Translations under genes and position numbers: made by a program
Shown: in pieces, positions 57,733-64,000 of the stretch
How the letters are laid out: every line of letters starts with the position of its first letter
Position numbering within the stretch: the stretch's first letter is position 1
The notes under the pieces: model-generated
What the model saw: the letters and a program-made list of their open reading frames with translations, nothing else
What the model was told of the DNA's origin: nothing
Databases searched by the model: none
Assembly: GCA_028285595.1 (NCBI GenBank)
Contig: JANQOW010000016.1
Coordinates: 4,956 to 68,955 of the forward strand
Direction: 5' to 3'
DNA length: 64,000 nucleotides
From: Hyphomicrobiales bacterium
Lineage (GTDB): Bacteria > Pseudomonadota > Alphaproteobacteria > Rhizobiales > CAJQND01

Positions 57733-58443
57733 ATGGTCGCCGCGCGCTCCAGCCTGGCATTGATGTCATGTGTGGTGCTGGCGGCGCTGGCCATCTTGGT
57801 TGGGCTGGGCACCTGGCAGCTGCAAAGGTTGGCGTGGAAAGAAGGACTGATTGCGCGCATCGAGACCCGCCTGGCCGAGGCCCCTGTCCCGCTGCCGGCC
57901 ACGTTAACGGACGAGAGCAACTTTCTGAGGGTCAAGATCAGCGGCACCTATGATCATGCCAAGGCGCAATATTTCTACACCTTGAACAAGGGCGAAATCG
58001 GCTGGCGCGTGCTGACGCCGTTCCAGCCTCAGGCGGCCGCCCCGTTCATGGTGGATCGGGGCTATGTGCCTGATGCGCAAAAGCCGCTTGCAGCGGCCGG
58101 CCAGAGCGGGCCGGTGGAGATCATTGGCGCAGTGCGCCTGGACTATCTGGAAAAAGTGCTGTTCACGCCGGACAATGATCCCGGCGCCAACAGTTGGTAC
58201 TGGTTCGATCTGCCGGCCATCGGTAAGACCACCGGGGTTTCAGGCTTAAGGCCGATGGTCCTGCAACTCGACACATCGGATCATTCCGGGGCGTGGCCCG
58301 CGGCCACGGCTCTTTCGCCCAAACTGTCCAACAAGCATTTTGGCTACGCGCTTACGTGGTTTGGGCTCGCAATCACGCTTCTGGGTGTCTATATCGCCCT
58401 GATCATACAAGAACGTCGCAAGAGAACCGCCAAGCATGACTGA
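57733..58443 (+). CDS. SURF1-family cytochrome oxidase biogenesis protein
   Basis: Start placed at MVAARSS (ATG 57733), 3 nt after the previous stop. GTWQLQRLAWKEGL motif and a C-terminal TM with HFGYALTWFGLA. Confidence 0.85.
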   Translation: MVAARSSLALMSCVVLAALAILVGLGTWQLQRLAWKEGLIARIETRLAEAPVPLPATLTDESNFLRVKISGTYDHAKAQYFYTLNKGEIGWRVLTPFQPQAAAPFMVDRGYVPDAQKPLAAAGQSGPVEIIGAVRLDYLEKVLFTPDNDPGANSWYWFDLPAIGKTTGVSGLRPMVLQLDTSDHSGAWPAATALSPKLSNKHFGYALTWFGLAITLLGVYIALIIQERRKRTAKHD

Positions 58444-59926
58444 TTACCAAGAACTTGAGGCCCGCCATAAGCGCATGTCGGCGATTGGCGGCGCCCTTGC
58501 CATTTTGGGCTGGGACCAGTCTGTTATCATGCCCGAAGGGGCCTCCCAGTCGCGGGCCGAGCAAGTGTCGGCCCTCTCGTTGATCATTCACGAAATGCAG
58601 ACCGCGCCTGACATGGGAGATCTGATCGCCGCGGCCGAGAGCGACACCGCGCTTGACGACTGGCAGCGGGCAAACGTCCGCGAGATCCGTCACGACTGGC
58701 TTCATGCCACAGCCGTGCCTGCGGACCTGGTGGATCGCAAGATCAAAGCCCGCTCCGCGTCCGAACTCACCTGGCGGTCGGTCCGGGCGGAAGACGATTT
58801 CGCGAAACTGGAGCCTCAGCTCAGCGAGCTGCTCACCATCACCCAGGACGTTGCGGCAGTGAAGGCGGAGGCCTTTGGCTGCGGGCTCTATGATGCCTTG
58901 CTGGATGGTTTTGATCCCGGCCGCAAATCCGCCGAAATCGACGTGCTGTTCGATGAGCTCATGAGTTTTCTGCCCGGCGTGCTGGACGAGGTCCTGGCGG
59001 CGCAGGAGGCGGCCCCGGCCATTGTGTTGCCGGAAGGCCCCTTCAGCACCCAGGCCCAGGAGGCGCTTGGCCGCAAGGTGATGGAGCTCTTCCAGTTCGA
59101 CTTCAACCATGGCCGGCTTGACGTGAGCCTGCACCCGTTCTCCGGCGGCACACCGGACGACAGCCGCATCACCACCCGCTATGCAGAAGATGATTTCACC
59201 CAAAGCCTCATGGCGGTGATCCATGAGACCGGCCACGCCCAATATGAGCGCGGCCTGCCGAAAGCGTGGCGCGGCCAGCCGGTGGGCCAATCGCGCGGCA
59301 TGACCGTGCATGAGAGCCAATCATTGCTGTTTGAGATGCTGGCAGCGCGCAGCCCGGAATTCATCAGCTACATCGCGCCCCAATTGCGCGAAGCCTTTGG
59401 CGGCTCGGGGCCGGCCTGGGAGGACGAGAACCTGGTGCGGCTCTATCACAAAGTGGAACGCGGGCTGATCCGCGTGGATGCGGACGAGGTCACGTATCCT
59501 CTCCATGTGATTTTGAGATACCGGCTGGAAAAACAGATGATCGAAGGCGATCTCGCCGTCCGCGATCTGCCTGAAGCGTTCCGGGCCGGGATGCGCGAGC
59601 TGGTGGGGGTTGCGCCGGAAACAGACCGAGACGGCTGCCTGCAGGACATTCATTGGCCAAGTGGCGCCTTCGGCTATTTTCCCACATACACCCTGGGGGC
59701 CCTTGGTGCTTCGCAGATCTTCCAGACCGCTACGAAGGCCGATGACGCCATCATGCCCGGCATTGCCAAGGGCGATTTCTCAGCCCTTCTCACCTGGCTC
59801 AGAGCCAATATCCACGGCCAGGCCTCAAAGCTCATGCCGGGCGCGCTGATTGAGCAGGCAACAGGCGAGCCGCTGGGCACTAAAGCGTTTAGAGGCCACC
59901 TTGAAGCCCGATATTTACGGGGCTGA
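58436..59926 (+). CDS. Carboxypeptidase M32 (Taq-type metallocarboxypeptidase)
   Basis: HETGHAQYE zinc motif, HESQS, DRxY-type motifs. 496 aa. Overlaps the surf1 stop by 8 nt. Confidence 0.9.
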   Translation: MTDYQELEARHKRMSAIGGALAILGWDQSVIMPEGASQSRAEQVSALSLIIHEMQTAPDMGDLIAAAESDTALDDWQRANVREIRHDWLHATAVPADLVDRKIKARSASELTWRSVRAEDDFAKLEPQLSELLTITQDVAAVKAEAFGCGLYDALLDGFDPGRKSAEIDVLFDELMSFLPGVLDEVLAAQEAAPAIVLPEGPFSTQAQEALGRKVMELFQFDFNHGRLDVSLHPFSGGTPDDSRITTRYAEDDFTQSLMAVIHETGHAQYERGLPKAWRGQPVGQSRGMTVHESQSLLFEMLAARSPEFISYIAPQLREAFGGSGPAWEDENLVRLYHKVERGLIRVDADEVTYPLHVILRYRLEKQMIEGDLAVRDLPEAFRAGMRELVGVAPETDRDGCLQDIHWPSGAFGYFPTYTLGALGASQIFQTATKADDAIMPGIAKGDFSALLTWLRANIHGQASKLMPGALIEQATGEPLGTKAFRGHLEARYLRG

Positions 59927-59975
59927 GCCGGCGCATTAAGGTGCGCTCGCCAATTTTGATCGGAAGGACATTTCG

Positions 59976-61388
59976 GTGAAATATGTAAGCACCCGCGGCC
60001 AGGCTCCCGTGCTGGAGTTTGAAGACGTGCTCTTGACCGGTCTTGCCAGCGACGGCGGTCTGTATCTCCCAGATACCTGGCCGGTTCTGTCTCTGGACGA
60101 GATCAGAGCGTTGCGCGGCCGGCCCTATGCCGATGTGGCCGAGGCCGTCTTGGCGCCTTTGGTGGGCGATGCCTTTGCCCCCGATGAGTTGCGCCAAATG
60201 ATCGATGAGGCCTACGCCAGCTTCTCGCATCAGGCGGTTGTGCCCTTAAAGCAGCTCTCTGAGGATCTCTGGCTGCTGGAACTGTTCCATGGGCCGACGC
60301 TCGCCTTCAAGGATGTGGCCATGCAGCTCCTGGGCCGCATGATGGATGCGGCCCTGACCCGGCGCGGCGAGCGGGCCACGGTGATCGGGGCCACCTCCGG
60401 GGACACAGGGGGCGCGGCCATCGAGGCGTTTCGCGGGCGTCAGGCGGTGGATATCTTCATCCTTCACCCCCACGGGCGGGTGAGCGAAGTGCAACGCCGC
60501 CAGATGACCACCGTGGCGGAAAGCAACGTGCACAACATCGCCGTTGAGGGCACGTTCGATGATTGCCAAAACATGGTGAAGGCCATGTTCGGCGATACCC
60601 AATTCCGCATCAACATGGCTCTGGCAGGCGTTAACTCCATCAATTGGGCGCGCATCATGGCCCAGGCGGTGTACTATTTCACGTCCGCGCTCGCCCTCGG
60701 CGGACCAGACCGGGCCGTGCGCTACGTGGTGCCGTCCGGTAATTTCGGCGACATCTTTGCAGGCTACGTGGCCAAGCGCATGGGGCTGCCGGTGGATCAA
60801 CTGGTGATCGCCACCAATGTGAACGACATCTTGGCGAGAACCGTTGACAGTGGACGCTATGAGATCTCCGGGGTGGTGGAAACCACCAGCCCCTCCATGG
60901 ACATCCAGATCTCGTCTAACTTTGAGCGCCTGTTGTTTGAGATCTATGGCCGCAATGCCGACGATGTGGGCCGCCTCATGTCCAGCCTGAAACAGTCCGG
61001 CGCCTTCACCATCGAGGGGCCTGAGCTTGCCAAACTGCGCTCAGAGTGCGCCGCGGGCAAGGCCAGCGAGGCTCAAGTGGCGGCTGCGATCAGCTCCACA
61101 TTGAAGGCCACCGGCGAGCTGCTCGACCCGCACACGGCGGTGGGCGTGCATGTGGCGCGCCAGGTGGAAAACCCCACCGACGCTGCCACCGTGTGCCTCG
61201 CCACGGCCCATGCCGCCAAGTTTCCTGAAGCGGTCAAGACCCTCACCGGCCTGGAGGTGCCGCAGCCGGCCAAGGTTGTGGAGCTCTATGACAAACCTGA
61301 ACGCCTGAACGTCCTGCCCAATGATTTGGCAGCCGTTCAGTCTTTCATTTCAGATCACACCAGTGTTGCGGCAGGAGCGGCGGCATGA
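59976..61388 (+). CDS. thrC: Threonine synthase
   Basis: GTG start. MKYVSTRGQAP N-terminus, PLP lysine context (HGPTLAFKDVAM). 470 aa. Confidence 0.95.
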   Translation: MKYVSTRGQAPVLEFEDVLLTGLASDGGLYLPDTWPVLSLDEIRALRGRPYADVAEAVLAPLVGDAFAPDELRQMIDEAYASFSHQAVVPLKQLSEDLWLLELFHGPTLAFKDVAMQLLGRMMDAALTRRGERATVIGATSGDTGGAAIEAFRGRQAVDIFILHPHGRVSEVQRRQMTTVAESNVHNIAVEGTFDDCQNMVKAMFGDTQFRINMALAGVNSINWARIMAQAVYYFTSALALGGPDRAVRYVVPSGNFGDIFAGYVAKRMGLPVDQLVIATNVNDILARTVDSGRYEISGVVETTSPSMDIQISSNFERLLFEIYGRNADDVGRLMSSLKQSGAFTIEGPELAKLRSECAAGKASEAQVAAAISSTLKATGELLDPHTAVGVHVARQVENPTDAATVCLATAHAAKFPEAVKTLTGLEVPQPAKVVELYDKPERLNVLPNDLAAVQSFISDHTSVAAGAAA

Positions 61389-62644
61389 CCCCAAAACTCA
61401 CGACCCTCGACAGCGGCCTGCGCGTCGTCAGCTATCAGATGCCTCAGTTGCAGACCACATCGCTCGGCATCTGGGTCAAGGCCGGCGCGCGCAACGAGAG
61501 CGCCGCCCAGAACGGCATTGCCCACTATCTGGAGCATATGGCGTTCAAAGGCACGAGCAAGCGCAACGCCTTGCAGATTGCCGAAGAGATCGAAGATGTG
61601 GGCGGCGAGATCAATGCCGCCACCTCCATGGAGATGACGGCCTACTATGCCCGCGTGCTCAAAGACGATGCACCGCTCGCCATCGACATTCTTTCCGACA
61701 TCATCCTGGATCCCAAGTTCGACAGCAGCGAGCTGGAGCGTGAGCGCGGGGTGATCTTGCAGGAGATCGCAGCGTCCATCGACACGCCCGACGATCTGGT
61801 ATTCGACCTGGCCCAAAAGGCCGCTTATCCCGACCATCCGCTGGGGCGGCCGATCCTGGGGTCTGCTGAGGCGGTGAGCCAGTATGACGGGGCCGCCATC
61901 GCCGCCTACCGCGATCAGCATTACGCCGCACCGTCCATCCTCGTCTCCGCCGCCGGCGCGGTTGAGCACGATGAATTGGTGGATCTCGCCCAGTCTGCGC
62001 TGGCGGCGCTCCCCACGGTCGCCGGGCCCAAATGGGACGATGCGCAATATGGCGGCGGCGTGCATCTGGTGGAGAAGCCGCTGGAGCAGACCCATGTGGT
62101 GCTGAGTTTTATGGGCCCCGGCTATCACAGCAAGGACATTTACGCGCTCCAGGTGCTCTCCGGTATTCTGGGCGGGGGCATGTCGTCTCGTCTCTTCCAG
62201 GAAGTGCGCGAGAAGCGCGGCCTGTGCTACTCGATCTTCGCCTATGCCTCCGCTTACGAGGACACAGGGCTCCTCAACGTCTATGCGGCAACCGGACCGC
62301 AGGAGACCGGCGAGCTGGTGGATGTGGTTTCAGAGCAGCTGCGCACCATCGCGCAAACGGTGAGCGAGGCAGAGGTCAAACGGGCCAGGACCCAGCTAAA
62401 AGCCGGCCTCATGATGAGCCTTGAAAGCTCCTCGGCCCGGGCCAACCAGATTGCCCGCCAATTGCTGCTCTACAACCGGGTTGTCTCGCCGGAAGAAATC
62501 ATCGAAAAGATAGATGCGGTCGATGTTGCGGCCATTTCGGACCTGGCCTCAAGATTGTTTGAACGCGCGCGGCCCTCTTTAGGGGCGGTTGGGGACCTTT
62601 CGGGGCTTGCGCCCTATGACCAGATCGCGGCACAATTCGCTTAA
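61385..62644 (+). CDS. M16-family processing peptidase (mitochondrial-processing-peptidase-like)
   Basis: ATGA overlap with thrC. HxxEH motif (GIAHYLEHMAFKGT). 419 aa. Confidence 0.9.
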   Translation: MTPKLTTLDSGLRVVSYQMPQLQTTSLGIWVKAGARNESAAQNGIAHYLEHMAFKGTSKRNALQIAEEIEDVGGEINAATSMEMTAYYARVLKDDAPLAIDILSDIILDPKFDSSELERERGVILQEIAASIDTPDDLVFDLAQKAAYPDHPLGRPILGSAEAVSQYDGAAIAAYRDQHYAAPSILVSAAGAVEHDELVDLAQSALAALPTVAGPKWDDAQYGGGVHLVEKPLEQTHVVLSFMGPGYHSKDIYALQVLSGILGGGMSSRLFQEVREKRGLCYSIFAYASAYEDTGLLNVYAATGPQETGELVDVVSEQLRTIAQTVSEAEVKRARTQLKAGLMMSLESSSARANQIARQLLLYNRVVSPEEIIEKIDAVDVAAISDLASRLFERARPSLGAVGDLSGLAPYDQIAAQFA

Positions 62645-62675
62645 CAAACCGAAAGGGACCGAGGGATAGGCACAC

Positions 62676-63257
62676 ATGGCGTTTCTGAGATCCGTCACAT
62701 CATTTGATACAGGGCCAGTGGTCTATGGCGATCAGGTGGTCTTGCGCATCCCGCAAATGTCTGACTTTGCCGCCTGGTCGGATCTGCGCGCCGCCTCGCG
62801 CAACTTCCTGGTGCCCTGGGAGCCCACGTGGCCGGCCGACGATCTGACCCGCGCTTCGTTCCGCCGCCGCATCCGGCGCTATCAGCGCGATGTGCATGAG
62901 GGGCTCACCTACCCGTTCTTTGTTTATCTGCGTGAGGACGACGTATTGGCCGGCGGCCTCACCTTGTCCAACATTCGCAGGGGCGTGGCCCAATGCTGTT
63001 CGGTGGGTTACTGGATTGGCGAGCCGTTCCAACGCTGCGGGCTCATGAGCGATGCGGTCCGGGCGGTGTTGCCCTTTGCCTTCGATGTTCTCAATCTCCA
63101 CAGGGTTGAGGCCGCTTGCCTGCCGACCAATGATGCGTCGATCAATCTGCTCAGAAGCTGTCAGTTCACAGAAGAGGGCTATGCGCGACGCTATCTGAAG
63201 ATCAACGGTGTCTGGCAGGATCACCTCTTGTTTGCGATCGTTGCCGGCGACATTTAG
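62676..63257 (+). CDS. GNAT-family N-acetyltransferase (RimJ-like)
   Basis: 193 aa. Acetyl-CoA-binding core (GYWIGEPFQRCGLMSDAVRAVLPFAFDVLNLHRVEAACLPTNDASINLLRSCQF). Confidence 0.85.
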   Translation: MAFLRSVTSFDTGPVVYGDQVVLRIPQMSDFAAWSDLRAASRNFLVPWEPTWPADDLTRASFRRRIRRYQRDVHEGLTYPFFVYLREDDVLAGGLTLSNIRRGVAQCCSVGYWIGEPFQRCGLMSDAVRAVLPFAFDVLNLHRVEAACLPTNDASINLLRSCQFTEEGYARRYLKINGVWQDHLLFAIVAGDI

Positions 63258-63411
63258 CCGGCGAACTCCGTCCTTTTGCGGCGCCGGAAGGCGTGCGCGG
63301 TACTTGTGTTGAATCGCGGTGAACGTTAGGAGGAACAACGAGGCAATCTGTTAAAGTCGCGATGAACAAACAGGACTCACTGACGTGATTGGCGCTGGTT
63401 GGCTATCAGAA

Positions 63412-64000
63412 ATGCGCCGTTACGGACATATCACACTGTGTATGCTGGTCTGGGTCTTACTGTGGGCAGGCCAGACCGTGCACGCGCGTGATGTGGTCTC
63501 CACCAATTTCACAACCTCCAGCGTGGATCTCACCGCCGTGTTGGAGCGGTTCGAAACGGAAAAGCCGCAGTTTTCAATCCAGTTGCCGCCCGATGCCTCC
63601 GGCACCATCTCCAACATGACGGCGGTGGCCCGCAACTTTGCTCTGCGCCACCGCTGGGCGGTCTTCTCCCTGCGCAATCAGGATTCCGTGCCCCAGGATC
63701 TGGTGATTTCCACCAACTGGCAGGCCATGGTGGGCTCGGGGCTCTATTGGCCCAAATTCAGCCGCCAGCGCATTTTGAGCGTGCAATCCTCGCCGGGCCT
63801 TCAGCCCACCCGGCTCGATCAGGCACGCGAGGATGCTTATGCGTTCCGCATCAATCCGGGTGAAACGGTGACCTACGCCATTGAGGTGAGCGGGGAGGGG
63901 CTGAGCCAGCTTGTCTTGTGGAAGCGTTCCGCCTACGCCGTCCAGCGCCAGGAAGTGGCGACGTTCCAAGGGCTGCTGCTCGGTTTTGCGCTGCTGATTT
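63412..64000 (+). CDS. Partial (5' part) gene for a secreted/membrane protein, possibly a 7TM-DISM-type sensor
   Basis: Absent from the track because there is no stop inside the window. I read an open frame from ATG 63412 to the window end (196 codons, no stop). It starts MRRYGHITLCMLVWVLLWAGQTVHA (signal peptide) and ends entering a hydrophobic segment FQGLLLGFALLI. The domain call is tentative. Confidence 0.6.
   Translation, partial: MRRYGHITLCMLVWVLLWAGQTVHARDVVSTNFTTSSVDLTAVLERFETEKPQFSIQLPPDASGTISNMTAVARNFALRHRWAVFSLRNQDSVPQDLVISTNWQAMVGSGLYWPKFSRQRILSVQSSPGLQPTRLDQAREDAYAFRINPGETVTYAIEVSGEGLSQLVLWKRSAYAVQRQEVATFQGLLLGFALLI

Overview
64-kb chromosomal segment of a high-GC alphaproteobacterium. 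The gene order looks Hyphomicrobiales/Rhizobiales-like: thrC-M16 peptidase-GNAT, ctaC-ctaD-ctaB-ctaG-ctaE-DUF983-surf1, ialB-tldD, and ribF ... ileS-lspA-DUF3035-M16-M16. I support about 65 protein-coding genes. I recognised no rRNA, tRNA, CRISPR array, transposase or integrase. Most of the window is housekeeping: ribF, ileS, lspA, pgi, mutL, rsmD, a pseudouridine synthase, tadA, purD, xseA, tldD, the aa3-type cytochrome oxidase cluster and thrC. All family names are by-eye motif recognition from memory, not database hits. Accessory content sits in three places. (i) 1-9.9 kb holds a DmsB/DmsC-type oxidoreductase tail, a Crp/Fnr regulator, a DASS transporter paired with an ~800-aa PHP/DUF3604-like hydrolase, a secreted YHS protein, and a Tat-signal isochorismatase-family hydrolase next to a TetR with triplicated operators. 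(ii) An ~8-kb wedge splits the normally adjacent ribF and ileS (12.5-20.5 kb). It carries several repeat families, a G+C-poor islet, an AraC regulator, a CRP-like regulator, two tandem RTX paralogs and cspA. (iii) 30.7-35 kb holds secreted proteins of unknown function, a Gly/Asn/Met-rich small protein and a DUF4198/HupE metal-uptake pair. The best candidate for an undescribed system is on the G+C-poor islet (13.0-14.8 kb). It is a self-contained, translationally coupled pair: a TcmP-like SAM-fold protein and a three-Cys Gp37/Gp68 (DUF5131) protein. It has no mobility genes and, to my knowledge, no demonstrated function. Second is the CRP-like regulator beside two RTX genes. Each RTX gene has a near-consensus TGTGA-N6-ACACA box at exact class-II spacing from a -10-like hexamer, and a conserved leader hairpin.
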